Assembly: GCA_002068885.1 (NCBI GenBank)
Contig: MWBC01000004.1
Span: 2,901 to 34,900 of the forward strand
Source: an archaeon ADurb.Bin336
GTDB lineage: Archaea; Iainarchaeota; Iainarchaeia; Iainarchaeales; JAAZKV01
Reading direction: 5' to 3'
DNA: 32,000 nucleotides
Below are positions 8,851 to 19,509 of this stretch, piece after piece. A model generated the notes under the pieces. It was given only the letters and a program-made list of their open reading frames with translations. It had not been told where the DNA came from and made no database searches. Both the position numbers and the translations under genes were made by a program. Each line of letters begins with the position of its first letter. Position 1 is the stretch's first letter.

Positions 8851-9673
8851 TGGTGCTTAAAGGATTTGAATTTGATTCTGTTCGAACAACAGTTCCCTTA
8901 AACTCAAGTCCCCTCACACAATTCTTAAAATTCTCTAAATCAGTTCCTAAAACAAAACTAGATTTTATTTTACTCCTCTTAAGAATCTCTGCAGCATGAG
9001 CATCAACAAAAGAATGTCCCCCTGGTTTTGAAGCTTGGGCTTTGAGAAGAGAAACCATTTTTACATGAGACAACTCACTATACATTTTAGCATTTGGTTC
9101 TTTATTAGGATCAGCACTATAAATCCCATCAACATTACTCAAATTAATAAATTCAGCACCCATCATCTCTGCAATTATTGCCGCAACTGAATCAGTGGTT
9201 TGGCCCGGAGTAGTTCCCCCATAAACAGGAGTTTTACCCAAAAGCAACACATTCTCTGCTTTTTTAGGGTCAACTAAAACCTCCTTCCAAGCATTATCAA
9301 TAATGTGAGTGAATAACAATGCATTAGCTCGAGTTATTTGAATAGCCACTTCATCCAAACCAAAGTTATTTGCACCCAATGCCTTGGCCCCTGCTTGGTA
9401 TACTCTTGCAACTCTACCCCCGCCAACAACAATCACAAACTCAAAACCCTCTCTCTTCAATTCGTTAATTGATTCACAAAACTTTGCAATCTCTGGCGCT
9501 CTTAATTTATCACTAAAAAAAACACTCCCACCTACACTCAACACAAAAGTTTTTTGACGAGAAGAATTTTGAGAATAATTGTAAGAATAATTTTCTGAAG
9601 AATCACTTTGAGGAGGAGATTGTTCAGAATCAGTTTTTGGAGTACCATCAAATTTTTCAAACAAATCAAACAC
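8834..9673 (-). CDS. pyrH: Archaeal UMP kinase (amino acid kinase family)
   Basis: FVLSVGGSVFFSDKLRAPEI, FVIVVGGGRVARVYQ, INLSNVDGIYSADPNKEPNAK, GGHSFVDAHAAEILKRSKIKSSFVLG. Confidence 0.9.
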   Translation of the reverse strand: MFDLFEKFDGTPKTDSEQSPPQSDSSENYSYNYSQNSSRQKTFVLSVGGSVFFSDKLRAPEIAKFCESINELKREGFEFVIVVGGGRVARVYQAGAKALGANNFGLDEVAIQITRANALLFTHIIDNAWKEVLVDPKKAENVLLLGKTPVYGGTTPGQTTDSVAAIIAEMMGAEFINLSNVDGIYSADPNKEPNAKMYSELSHVKMVSLLKAQASKPGGHSFVDAHAAEILKRSKIKSSFVLGTDLENFKNCVRGLEFKGTVVRTESNSNPLSTNENEE

Positions 9674-9823
9674 TACAAACCACCCTCATAAAAAATAAAT
9701 ACTTAAATCATTTTTAATCAAACTGAAAGCTTTTATAAGCTATCCAAACCAAATTATATAGAATTTATGAGTTTAAATACTTTTTTGAGTAATTGATTAC
9801 AATAGAGAAAAAGTTGATTAAAA

Positions 9824-11083
9824 ATGGCGAATAATAGTTCAAAAGTTGTGAAAGAAGTTGATGAAGCAGAACTTGCTGTATTCAAAAAAAAGATGAAAAT
9901 GCTTGAATCTTTCAAAGGAAGACACACCGAACTAATAACCCAATACCTCCCCCCTGGAACTGATAGAAGCACGGTGATGAACCAACTCTCTGAAGAAATA
10001 AACCAAAGCTCAAACATTAAAAGCCCCCAAACCAAGAAAAACGTTCAAGCAGCACTAAGGAAAATAATTGGATTCTTAAAAAACATTAACTTCAAACTCC
10101 CCCAAAACGGAATGGTTATTTTTGCAGGAAATGTTTCAGAAATAGATGGGAGGAGTGACGTTAGATTATTCACAATAATCCCAGTAAGACCACTAAAAGT
10201 AAAAATGTATTGGTGTGACTCAACATTCCACTTAGACCACTTAAAAGAAATGCTAACCCCAAACGACTTCTACGCACTAATGACCCTAGACAAAAACGAA
10301 GCAACAATAGCACAACTAGTTGGAAAAAAATACGAAGTACTAGGACACTTCACTTCACTAGTGCCTGGAAAAACAAGAGCAGGAGGACAATCCTCTGTTA
10401 GATTTGAGAGATTAAGAGAAGAAGCAATGCAAAACTTTTTCAAAACAGCTGCAGACAAATTCAATTCATACTTTGAACCACACAAAGAAAGAGTAAAAGG
10501 AGTAATAATTGGAGGGCCTGGATTAACAAAAAATTATTTCATTGAAAAAAAAGTAATACCCCACGAACTTGAAAAAAAAATTATTGGAGTAATAGACACA
10601 GCATACACTGATGAGGGAGGAATAAGAGAATTAGTACACAAAAGCCAAGACATTCTAAAAGATTCTGAACTAATAAAAGAAAGACAAACACTAGACAACT
10701 TTTTAGGAGAAGTAGCAAAAGATGGATTAGCAACTTACGGACAAAAAGAAGTAGAACAAGCACTAACAGAAAACAGGGTATCAACACTAATAATCTCTGA
10801 AGATATCCCATGGATTGTTTTTAGAATATTTTGTGAAAAATGCCAAAAAGAAGAAATAGTTATAGTAAAAGACCAAACAGATTTTGAAGAATCAAAACTA
10901 AGATGTGCAATTTGTGATTCAAAAGTAGAAACCATTGAAGAAATAAGTTACTTGGATTACATGGTTGAAAAAGCAAACACGAGTGGAGCACAAGTAAGAG
11001 TAATAAGCACAGAAACAAGTGAAGGAGAACAATTCTACACAGGGTTTGGTGGAATCGCCGCAATGCTAAGATACAAAATTTAA
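9824..11083 (+). CDS. prf1: Peptide chain release factor aRF1
   Basis: NIKS (SSNIKSPQTKKNV), LTSLVPGKTRAGGQSSVRFERLREEA with GGQ motif, YTDEGGIREL, zinc-finger-like CEKCQK...CAICDSK. Confidence 0.96.
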   Translation: MANNSSKVVKEVDEAELAVFKKKMKMLESFKGRHTELITQYLPPGTDRSTVMNQLSEEINQSSNIKSPQTKKNVQAALRKIIGFLKNINFKLPQNGMVIFAGNVSEIDGRSDVRLFTIIPVRPLKVKMYWCDSTFHLDHLKEMLTPNDFYALMTLDKNEATIAQLVGKKYEVLGHFTSLVPGKTRAGGQSSVRFERLREEAMQNFFKTAADKFNSYFEPHKERVKGVIIGGPGLTKNYFIEKKVIPHELEKKIIGVIDTAYTDEGGIRELVHKSQDILKDSELIKERQTLDNFLGEVAKDGLATYGQKEVEQALTENRVSTLIISEDIPWIVFRIFCEKCQKEEIVIVKDQTDFEESKLRCAICDSKVETIEEISYLDYMVEKANTSGAQVRVISTETSEGEQFYTGFGGIAAMLRYKI

Positions 11084-11260
11084 TTACGGCTCAAAAAGTC
11101 AAAAAATCATTAAAAATTACTGCCCAAAAAGTAATAAAAAAACTCAAAAACCTAAATAAACCAATTAAAATGAATAATACAAGCAAATGACTTACTGCCT
11201 AAAAAGTCAAAAAAATTAATTATTCTTATTCAAAAAAAATTGAAATCATCTAAACAAATG

Positions 11261-11268
11261 CTTAAAAG
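11261..11268 (+). promoter_or_regulatory. TATA-box candidate for truD (near-leaderless transcript)
   Basis: CTTAAAAG in AAATGCTTAAAAGCA, centred about 27 nt before ATG 11292. Confidence 0.5.
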
Positions 11269-11291
11269 CATACATAAATAAAAAATAATTT

Positions 11292-12551
11292 ATGAATCAA
11301 TTCTTCACCAAAACACCTGCACTAAAAGGAATAGTAAAGCAAAGATACGCTGATTTTATGGTGGAAGAAATTTTGGTTGATGGAACAAAATGTGAAATTA
11401 AAAGATTTGATAAACCATTTGAAGAAAGAGAAATAACTAAAGAAATGATTATCCCTCCAAGAAATGAGGAAGAATACTTACTACTAGAAATGGAAAAAAT
11501 AAATTACGATACCAACACCGCACTAGCGTTTCTTGCAAGAGGACTAAACCTAAGCAAAAAAAGAATGGGGTACGCAGGGTTAAAAGACAAAAGAGCAATA
11601 ACTTGTCAACAAATAAGCCTCTACCTCCCAAAAGAAGAACTAGTAAAAAAGTTTGGGGTGAAAGGAATTGAACTAAGGAACCCCAAGTGGAGCAAAAAAA
11701 GAACAGAACTAGGGGATTTATTAGGAAATGAATTCACAATCACTATAAGAGGAATAACCCAAACAGAAGAAGAAATAACAAACATTATTGAAGAATTTTC
11801 TAAAGAAGTAAAACAAGGAGTTCCAAACTTTTTTGGAAACCAAAGATTTGGCGGAAAAAGAATGATAACCCACAGAGTGGGAAAATTATTATTAAAAGAA
11901 AAAATAGAAGAAGCAATAATGCTATACTTAACAGAAACATACCCTGAAGAAAAAATTGAATTAAAAAACGCTAGAATAAACCTTGCAAAAACACGTGATT
12001 ATAAACAAGCTCTAAAAGAATTCCCTTCAAAAGATGCAAGAACAGAAAAAGCTATTCTAAACCACCTAACAAAACACCCTAACGATTTTGCAGGGGCACT
12101 AAACACAATCCCAAAAAAAATGAGATACTTATTCACCCACGCTGTACAAAGCGACATATACAACAAAATACTTCAAAAAAGAATAGAAAAGTATAAGGAC
12201 GAGGCACTAAAACAAATAGATGGTGATGAAATAGTTAATGGAGAACCAACAATACTCCTCCCTGGATACGAAAGCACTTACTCTAAAGGAGAAGCAGGAG
12301 AAATAGAAAAAGAAGTTATGAAAGAAGAAAATCTTACTTTTGAAGATTTTAAAATGAATAAACTAAGCGAACTCTCAAGCAAAGGAGATAGAAAATCCAT
12401 TTTACTAAAACCACAAAACTTTACACTAACAAAAATATTTGATGATGAGTACAACGAAGGAAAAAAAGCAATTACAATAAAATTTTTTCTAACAAAAGGA
12501 AACTACGCAACAACCATATTAAGAGAATTAATAAAAGAAGAAATATTCTAA
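11292..12551 (+). CDS. truD: tRNA pseudouridine(13) synthase TruD
   Basis: FKVEE-like start (ADFMVEEI), KRMGYAGLKDKRAITCQQISL, VPNFFGNQRFGGKR, FTHAVQSDIYNKIL, LLPGYES. Confidence 0.94.
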   Translation: MNQFFTKTPALKGIVKQRYADFMVEEILVDGTKCEIKRFDKPFEEREITKEMIIPPRNEEEYLLLEMEKINYDTNTALAFLARGLNLSKKRMGYAGLKDKRAITCQQISLYLPKEELVKKFGVKGIELRNPKWSKKRTELGDLLGNEFTITIRGITQTEEEITNIIEEFSKEVKQGVPNFFGNQRFGGKRMITHRVGKLLLKEKIEEAIMLYLTETYPEEKIELKNARINLAKTRDYKQALKEFPSKDARTEKAILNHLTKHPNDFAGALNTIPKKMRYLFTHAVQSDIYNKILQKRIEKYKDEALKQIDGDEIVNGEPTILLPGYESTYSKGEAGEIEKEVMKEENLTFEDFKMNKLSELSSKGDRKSILLKPQNFTLTKIFDDEYNEGKKAITIKFFLTKGNYATTILRELIKEEIF

Positions 12552-12588
12552 AAAAAATCTTTTTTTTATTAAAAAAATAATTGAAAAA

Positions 12589-13947
12589 TTATTCCACCCA
12601 ATCAGAATAATCATAAAACCCAATTCCTGAAGTTTTCTGCCACCTCAAAATATAATTCCTCAAAGAACCAGAAATATATTTATTGGGTTGAGGAGCACAA
12701 GCATTTGAATGAACAATTACATAATCCTTGCGATCAATTAATGTCCCAGAAATAGAGTTTAAATTAAAGTTTTTATAATCATACACAACTAAACTCCCCC
12801 CATTATTAACAAAAGCATTCAAATCCCCAATATCATAAATACACTCACTTATAATCCCCTCATCATAAAAAAACACCCACTTATCAGAAGCGGTTCTACA
12901 ATTTTTTACAAAATCATCTTTAGGAATAGGGACATTTGCATAATAAGGAAAAGGATACAAAGTAAATAGAAGAATATTAAACAACACAAACACCAACACC
13001 AATTTTTTAGAATACTCCTCCTTAACTAATTTGGCTGAATTAAACGCAATTGCAACAACCAATAAATTAATTAATCTAGTTTCTTTAATCCCTGAAAAAA
13101 TAAACATTATTACATTCAACAACGCAACCAAATTCAAGTTATTAAAAAAATCTTTCCTATTCAACAATAACAAAAAAATAAAAAAACAAATTATTAGAAT
13201 TTGCTCAACCAAAAGAGGAGCCATTATTCCTTTTTGTGCAACATTAAGAAAAGAAGTTTCTTCTAAACTAAACAAAGGATTACCTGTCATCAAATAATTA
13301 AAAATCATCCAAGGAATCCAAAGCAAGATAAACACACTTAACATTTTTAAAATATTTTTAGGATTCTTCCTCTCCTCCCACAACAAAACAAGCCCAAACA
13401 ACAAATAATTATATCTAGAAAGAGAAGAAAGCCCAAAGAAAAAACCTTTTTTTAGTGGAGAAACAACACTCAACACAAGGAGTAAAAAAGATAAAGCTAA
13501 TAAATCAGAACCAAAATTTGAGTGAAACAAAATACTTGGAAACAAAAAAGAGAACAACGCAAAAACAAAAGGATTCAATTTATCTTCGTGTTTTTTATAA
13601 ATCAAAATAATTGCAACAAGATAAACAACACACGCAAAAATAGTTGAAAAAATTATTGAATACTCTGATCCACCCCCCAAAATACAATTAATAAAAGAAG
13701 GAAAAGGAGGGCGAATTAATTCAAGATAAATTTGATTCCCACAAAACCACTTACCCCCAAAAATATAAGCAACAGTATCCCAATTTTGTTGAATAATATG
13801 AAATACTTGCGCCAACAAAAAAGGAATAAAAAAAATTATGAACCACTTGTACTTCAAAAATTTTTCTTTGAGAAAAATAAGTGAAGAAACTTCTTTTTTT
13901 GATTTTTTTTGAATAACAATTTTTTTTGTTGATTTTTTTTTATCCAT
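12589..13947 (-). CDS. Predicted multi-pass membrane glycosyltransferase (GT39/mannosyltransferase-like)
   Basis: About 10 hydrophobic segments, QNWDTVAYIFGGKWFCG..YLELIRPPFPSFI start, SSLSRYNYLLFG loop. Confidence 0.65.
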   Translation of the reverse strand: MDKKKSTKKIVIQKKSKKEVSSLIFLKEKFLKYKWFIIFFIPFLLAQVFHIIQQNWDTVAYIFGGKWFCGNQIYLELIRPPFPSFINCILGGGSEYSIIFSTIFACVVYLVAIILIYKKHEDKLNPFVFALFSFLFPSILFHSNFGSDLLALSFLLLVLSVVSPLKKGFFFGLSSLSRYNYLLFGLVLLWEERKNPKNILKMLSVFILLWIPWMIFNYLMTGNPLFSLEETSFLNVAQKGIMAPLLVEQILIICFFIFLLLLNRKDFFNNLNLVALLNVIMFIFSGIKETRLINLLVVAIAFNSAKLVKEEYSKKLVLVFVLFNILLFTLYPFPYYANVPIPKDDFVKNCRTASDKWVFFYDEGIISECIYDIGDLNAFVNNGGSLVVYDYKNFNLNSISGTLIDRKDYVIVHSNACAPQPNKYISGSLRNYILRWQKTSGIGFYDYSDWVE

Positions 13948-13951
13948 ACAA

Positions 13952-14593
13952 TCAACAACCCAACTTTGTTTTTAACTCCTCAAATTTAAGTGGATGATCA
14001 ATAACCTCGTCTCCAATTACAAGAGTACCAGATTTTTTTACATTATAATTTACTTCCAAGATTTTTGTGAACTCATAAGCATCCCAATTATAAGGAAAAT
14101 TAAATGCTTTAAAAGAGGAACAAGTTTTTGAAAGAGAATTAAGTTGAGTTCCAATCAACCCACACTCAACCTCACAAGAAGAATCCTCTGAATAAAAGAA
14201 AAGAACAGGAATTATGTTAAAATCACAAAACTCTTTAGCTTTTTGAAAATTTCTATACAAAATCATGTTAGAAATCAAAAAACTCCTTTTAGATAAATAA
14301 AATTCTTTAGTATTAAACGAATTATCCGAATAAGCTAACAATTTTTTTTCAAGAGAAGTAGAACGATCACTCAAATTGGTTATATTCTGACGCATCACAA
14401 GACAAAAAACTTCTGAATTATTAGCATCAAAATCCTCATAGGCTGAATATAAATTACTCTCTAAAGAAATTTGTTTAATCTCTTCATTAAACTCACTCAC
14501 CCTACTTGATTCACTAACATTAACTGAAAAAAAAACAATTAATAATATAGCAATAGTTGCAATAACTGCCGTTATATAGACACTCTTAGCCAT
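13952..14593 (-). CDS. Membrane-anchored protein with probable thioredoxin-like domain
   Basis: N-terminal TM helix. C-terminal half FYSEDSSCEVECGLIGTQLNSLSKTCSSFKAFNFPYNWD...NYNVKKSGTLVIGDEVIDH resembles thioredoxin-fold beta-C..C-helix...TLVI layout. Confidence 0.5.
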   Translation of the reverse strand: MAKSVYITAVIATIAILLIVFFSVNVSESSRVSEFNEEIKQISLESNLYSAYEDFDANNSEVFCLVMRQNITNLSDRSTSLEKKLLAYSDNSFNTKEFYLSKRSFLISNMILYRNFQKAKEFCDFNIIPVLFFYSEDSSCEVECGLIGTQLNSLSKTCSSFKAFNFPYNWDAYEFTKILEVNYNVKKSGTLVIGDEVIDHPLKFEELKTKLGC

Positions 14594-15897
14594 TCCCCCC
14601 CAACTCCAATCATTTCCTTAAAATAACTCTGTGAATAAATTAGAGTAATAAAATAAGGGTATATAAAGATAAGTATTAGAAAAACTGGGACTTCTTTAAA
14701 ACTTAACTTTTGTTTAGTCAACCTAAAAGCAATTACGAAATAAATTATTATAATCAAATATGTAACTGCAAAAAAATAAATTGATGAAGGAAGAATAATA
14801 CCACTCAAATCAATATAAAAAAAACCTCCTGATAAAAAATACTCAAAAAGAATTTTGAAAGTAACAAACAAATCAGAGAGTAAAAACAAAAACATTCTAA
14901 TAACAATTGCGACAGTCAAAATTTGCGTTGCAAACAAAAAAGGCATTACAAAAAAACCAAAATCAGAATTTTTTTTATTGAAAAAAAGTTCTTTATACTT
15001 AACAAAATTAAACACACCGCCCCTACTCCACCTATCCCTCTGCTTAAACAAATTCTTCCAAGTGTTAGGAATATCAGTATAAACAACCGCATCAAAACAA
15101 TTAATTATTTTAAATTCATGCTTCTTCAACCTCAACCCAAACTCCATATCCTCTGCTAAATTACCTTGTTGAAAATAACCCACTTTCTCAAAAACACTCT
15201 TCCTGATTATAGTATAAGGGCCTGGAACAACATAAGTAGATGAAATGGAAGACAAAAGAGTGTTATTCAATCCAAAACCAGCTAAATATTCAATATGTTG
15301 AATCTTTTGAATTAAAGAATCTTTTTTATCAGGAAGTACTAGACAAGTAACTGCAGCAACCTCTTTATCTTCAAAGTAACCTACTGTTTTTAACAAAATA
15401 TCCTCTTGGGGATAAGAATCTGAATCAACACATACCACAAATTTTGAAGAAACTCGTTTAATTGCATTATTAAGTGCAACAGCCTTACCCAGATTCTTTT
15501 TGTGAGTAATAATCTTAATTCCTTTAATTTTTTTTATAATCTCTCTAGAACCATCATTAGAACAATCATCAACAACAACAATCTCTAATTTACCACCCCA
15601 CTTGATTTTTTTAACAGACTCCACACAAGCCTTAATAGTATTTTTGGAATTATACATAGGAATAATTATTGAAACACTAGGGAAAGACTTTGGAAGTTTT
15701 TGCGCCCCATGACCACTCTTGTTCAAATAAAGCAACAAGTAAAATAATAAAGCGAACAAAAAAACACTATTAAAAATTACCATTAAAACAATATTTGGTA
15801 ATAAAAAACTCGCTAGTAAAACTAAGAATGTGAAAAAAGAAAGTAAAAAGAAAAGCAACGCTTTTTCTTTCCTTGATAAAACTAAAGCCTCAACCAT
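14572..15897 (-). CDS. Glycosyltransferase family 2, membrane-bound
   Basis: PSVSIIIPMYNSKNTIKACVESV, EIVVVDDCSNDGS, FVVCVDSDSYPQED, GNLAEDMEFGLRLKK, KQRDRWSRGG, then C-terminal TM helices. Confidence 0.93.
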   Translation of the reverse strand: MVEALVLSRKEKALLFFLLSFFTFLVLLASFLLPNIVLMVIFNSVFLFALLFYLLLYLNKSGHGAQKLPKSFPSVSIIIPMYNSKNTIKACVESVKKIKWGGKLEIVVVDDCSNDGSREIIKKIKGIKIITHKKNLGKAVALNNAIKRVSSKFVVCVDSDSYPQEDILLKTVGYFEDKEVAAVTCLVLPDKKDSLIQKIQHIEYLAGFGLNNTLLSSISSTYVVPGPYTIIRKSVFEKVGYFQQGNLAEDMEFGLRLKKHEFKIINCFDAVVYTDIPNTWKNLFKQRDRWSRGGVFNFVKYKELFFNKKNSDFGFFVMPFLFATQILTVAIVIRMFLFLLSDLFVTFKILFEYFLSGGFFYIDLSGIILPSSIYFFAVTYLIIIIYFVIAFRLTKQKLSFKEVPVFLILIFIYPYFITLIYSQSYFKEMIGVGGEWLRVSI

Positions 15898-15950
15898 TTT
15901 ATAAAATAATTAATTAAAACAATAAAAAACTTATTGCTAAAGAAAATTTT

Positions 15951-16715
15951 CTAATTCACCGAACCAATTTTTTGATTAATTAAAGTAAGAACATCATCAA
16001 AATTAGAATACATTTCTTTAATAACAACATAATTAACCCCACTAATAGTGTTTACTCCAGAAGCAAAAACACTCAATTTATTTTTTTCAAACAAAACAAA
16101 ATTTTTGTTTGATAAAGAAATTATTATTCTAGCTTTATTAATATCATTCAACAAACCCTCACACTCACTCTTTGAAATAACTCTACTATTAAGAACATTA
16201 GCATCATTAGTCAAACAATCACTCAATATTCCTTTTGAATCCACATTCCTCACAACAAGCAAAGTTTCCTTCTTATCAGCATTAAGAGCAACAAGCCACA
16301 AATTCATTGAATTAACAACCCAAGCATTAGAAGAATTATCCACTACATCCACACTAACTAAGAAAGATTCATTCTTCCTAAATTCTTTGAAGAAACTACT
16401 AGGAGTAAACTCATTTGAAACAAAATCCACCCCATTAATATTGAAAGAATACTTGAATGGATTTGATAAAAAAATTGAGTAAATTAAGAAAAGAATTACT
16501 AAAAACAACATAACACTTGCAAAAATTAACAAAGTTTTATTCTCTTGAAAAAAATTTTGTTTCTCTTGCTTCTTTTTTGTTACAACTTCATTTTTTGGTG
16601 AAACCTCTTCACTACTCTTAACTACTTTTTTATTTATTTCCTTCTCAATTAATTCTTTTTTAATTACTTCTTTCTTACTTGTTTTTTTCTTATTCATATA
16701 AATAACTTCCATCAA
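15951..16715 (-). CDS. Hypothetical protein, Lys-rich cytosolic N-terminus, one TM helix, extracytoplasmic domain
   Basis: 254 aa. Hydrophobic segment LLIFASVMLFLVILFLIYSIFL. Exact start uncertain (M1, M2 or MNKKK). Confidence 0.6.
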   Translation of the reverse strand: MMEVIYMNKKKTSKKEVIKKELIEKEINKKVVKSSEEVSPKNEVVTKKKQEKQNFFQENKTLLIFASVMLFLVILFLIYSIFLSNPFKYSFNINGVDFVSNEFTPSSFFKEFRKNESFLVSVDVVDNSSNAWVVNSMNLWLVALNADKKETLLVVRNVDSKGILSDCLTNDANVLNSRVISKSECEGLLNDINKARIIISLSNKNFVLFEKNKLSVFASGVNTISGVNYVVIKEMYSNFDDVLTLINQKIGSVN

Positions 16716-16974
16716 AAGTAATTTAAACCATCACAAAAACCCTAAAAGCTTATTCTTAAAAAAAATTCTCAAACTCTTGAAGCATACTAAAAATAAAACA
16801 ATCATACTATTTACAAAATGATTTGTCTTGGATTATTTTTTAAAAAAAACCTAAATCAAAAACTTGTTTTAAAAAATAATAACAACAAAAATTCTGAAAA
16901 ATTTTCAAAAAAAATAGGAAAGAAAAGAAAAGGAGTATTTCTACTCCTACTTCCTTTTCCTTAAATCAAACTAT

Positions 16975-19509
16975 TTATAGGAATGATTCTAGTTTGTTGA
17001 TTAGCTCTCTTGCAGCAGTAGCTGTATCGTTAGCAGTCCATCCAGCAACTACTATACTACCGTTGTCAAGAACAGCAGCTACCCAATCTCCGTCAGAAAC
17101 TAATCTGTCTTTTAGAGTTTGACCTTCAACTGAGATAGTTGCAGCCACTCTGTTTACCATGTGTCCACCAACAATGATAGCCTTACCCCTTGAAGCGTCA
17201 GTATCTAACTTAACGATGTTACCAACTGAAACAACAGTCTTACCTGCAGCTCCGTTGATTCCAGTTATAGTTACGTTACCCTTAGTTTCTCCAACAGCAA
17301 CGCCAGTTTGAGCTGATCCACCAGATACAACTTCAGAAGCATCTGTTGAACCTAAATATACTTCAACTTTTCTTCTTTCTTCAGGCACAACTAATGTGAA
17401 TACTGAATTATCTGAAGAAACTTCAGTTCCGTATGTTGTAGCAGCAGCTTGTAGGTAATCTGATCCTCCTCTTATTGCTTTAGTTCTCCAATCAGCGTAT
17501 GATGCATCTAAAGATGGACCATAATTTGTGTATTGGTCACTTAAGTCAACTAAAGAGTTGTAATTCCATACATCTCCGTCTTCGTCTGCTTTTATTGCTA
17601 AAGTTACTACACTTTCAGTAGTTGCATCTTTGAATTCAAACAATGCAGCAAATGCGTTTTTATCGCTTGCTACAAGTTGAGGCCCAGTAACATTCCAATT
17701 CATAACATCGTTTGTGAATTCAGTCATGTTTGGTCTGTAGTAATCAGATGACAAATCAGCAAAGTATCCGCCAGCATTTACATCTCCACCAAGAGTCCCA
17801 GTGAATTCTATTTGAGCTCCCAAACTTCCGCCTCTATTGTATACAGGGAATGTTTGTGCAGCTAATAGCAAGTATCCCATTCCGGTTACTTTGTTTGCAG
17901 CAACAACATAATTAACATCGTCAGAAGCTGAACCCGAGTATGGTCTTACTCCTAAGTCTAAGTTAATTTGTTTTCCTGTTGAGTTGTAGTCAAAAGACTC
18001 AATTATACTTGCACTAGTTAAGTCACCGAATGTGTCTGCCCCAGTTTGGTCACCTTTTGTGTAATATACATTGTTATCATTGAACCATAGTGTATAATCT
18101 TGTCCTGCTACTGTTATCAAAGTTGCTCTTTCTGTTTGGAAGTCAAACTGTTTGTAGAATGGAACAGTTATTTCTTTACCTTTCAAATCAGAGTACTTCA
18201 ACTCAGAGTTTCCAAGAGTTAGTTCTTTTGATGGCTTGCTTTGGAATCCGATTAACTCGAATTTAGCATAGTCGTTTGGCAAAGAGATATTTTCACCAAC
18301 TTTCAAAACGTATTTTGAAGTGTCTGTTTGTGAGCCAATTGTCTTGTTATAAGCCCACTGGTTTGAAATTGTTATTCCAGTCAACTTAGTACCATCTTTG
18401 TCAAGAGTAGCCATCCATTGTGCTTTATTGTCTTCAGTTGAGTTATCAGTATATGGGAATCCTCTTCCGTCTCTGATTTCTAATCTGTCATCTCCAGTTC
18501 TTATTGTTGCAGTGTACTTGTTAGCAGCTAAGTTCAATCCCGCAGCTGTTACAAATATATTGTCTGAGAACAAATCCCCAAATTCTTCTTTTAGGTTATA
18601 TGCTCCAGATTGAGTGTCTTTTTCAACGAATTTTATACCACTTGATCCGTCTTTTAAAGCCCATTTAGCTCTGTAAAATTGATTTCCAGATCCTATTTGA
18701 ACTAAATCAACTAATTCAACAGATAGTGTTTTTCCTGCGTAAGTTCCTTTTCCAGCAACTTCCACAGATTCACCAACAACTAAATCAGTAGGGTTTGTGT
18801 TAGCGTAGAATACTAACCAAGTACCATTAGATTTAACTTCGTCAAGAACGTAAGTTTTTCCTAAAATTGGTATTTGTAAATCGTATCCTGAATTTGCGTC
18901 AAGACCTGTTGTTACAACACCAGTTAAATCTAATGCAGCTCCGAATTCTAATTTATAGGATAAAGCATTTTTAGCAACAGTTCCTGTCATTTCGCCGATT
19001 GCATATCTTGAAGATCCTGTTTCCATTTGTGCTCCAGTAGCCATTACTCCAGAAATTGTTTCTGTTAAAGACATTGTCTTTTGAGTTGTACTATTGTCCC
19101 ACTTATATTTAAATGAAGTATTATTAACCAATGATGGCATCTTTGAGCTTGTAACTGTCATTGTAGCAGTATTTCCCAAAGTAACTTCTTCTAATTCTCC
19201 AGCTCCAGCTACGCTTGTTGTTCCGCCAACTGTGTAATCAACTGTTGGTGCGCCTGTTGTTGCGTCAACTGTAGCTAATTGTGCTACTTTTGCTGCTATG
19301 TTTCCAGCCCAAACAACATCTGCTGCTTGACCCATAGATCCTACTACAATGTCAACTACTGGTGTTCCAGTTGTGTTAACAATGTTTGACTTTTGTAGCG
19401 AGTTAACGTTATTGAATACTCCTGCCATTACAGCTGGAGCTAACGCAGAGCCCACTAAAGCTGCTCCAATTCCTAGAGCTGCTATTCTTTTAACGTTTAG
19501 TCCTTTCAT
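16975..19509 (-). CDS. S-layer protein
   Basis: 844 aa: MKGLNVKRIAALGIGAALVGSALAPAVMA signal-like N-terminus, extracellular Thr/Ser/Asn-rich body, C-terminal IIVGGHMVNRVAA motif seen in archaeal S-layer proteins. GAGGTG Shine-Dalgarno just upstream of ATG. Confidence 0.88.
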   Translation of the reverse strand: MKGLNVKRIAALGIGAALVGSALAPAVMAGVFNNVNSLQKSNIVNTTGTPVVDIVVGSMGQAADVVWAGNIAAKVAQLATVDATTGAPTVDYTVGGTTSVAGAGELEEVTLGNTATMTVTSSKMPSLVNNTSFKYKWDNSTTQKTMSLTETISGVMATGAQMETGSSRYAIGEMTGTVAKNALSYKLEFGAALDLTGVVTTGLDANSGYDLQIPILGKTYVLDEVKSNGTWLVFYANTNPTDLVVGESVEVAGKGTYAGKTLSVELVDLVQIGSGNQFYRAKWALKDGSSGIKFVEKDTQSGAYNLKEEFGDLFSDNIFVTAAGLNLAANKYTATIRTGDDRLEIRDGRGFPYTDNSTEDNKAQWMATLDKDGTKLTGITISNQWAYNKTIGSQTDTSKYVLKVGENISLPNDYAKFELIGFQSKPSKELTLGNSELKYSDLKGKEITVPFYKQFDFQTERATLITVAGQDYTLWFNDNNVYYTKGDQTGADTFGDLTSASIIESFDYNSTGKQINLDLGVRPYSGSASDDVNYVVAANKVTGMGYLLLAAQTFPVYNRGGSLGAQIEFTGTLGGDVNAGGYFADLSSDYYRPNMTEFTNDVMNWNVTGPQLVASDKNAFAALFEFKDATTESVVTLAIKADEDGDVWNYNSLVDLSDQYTNYGPSLDASYADWRTKAIRGGSDYLQAAATTYGTEVSSDNSVFTLVVPEERRKVEVYLGSTDASEVVSGGSAQTGVAVGETKGNVTITGINGAAGKTVVSVGNIVKLDTDASRGKAIIVGGHMVNRVAATISVEGQTLKDRLVSDGDWVAAVLDNGSIVVAGWTANDTATAARELINKLESFL

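Noticed and set aside
9754-11063. Antisense ORFs 9754..10035, 10270..10485, 10581..10811, 10735..10935 and 10860..11063
   Set aside because: They shadow the prf1 coding sequence and show no recognisable domain or start signals.
11088-11225. Short imperfect repeats (CT)GCC(C/T)AAAAAGT(C)AA between prf1 and truD
   Set aside because: Only about three partly matching copies in very A-rich sequence. Not distinguishable from composition.
13031-16482. Plus-strand ORFs 13031..13297, 14855..15082, 14923..15159 and 16048..16482
   Set aside because: They are antisense to well-supported or better-positioned minus-strand genes and have low-complexity composition.
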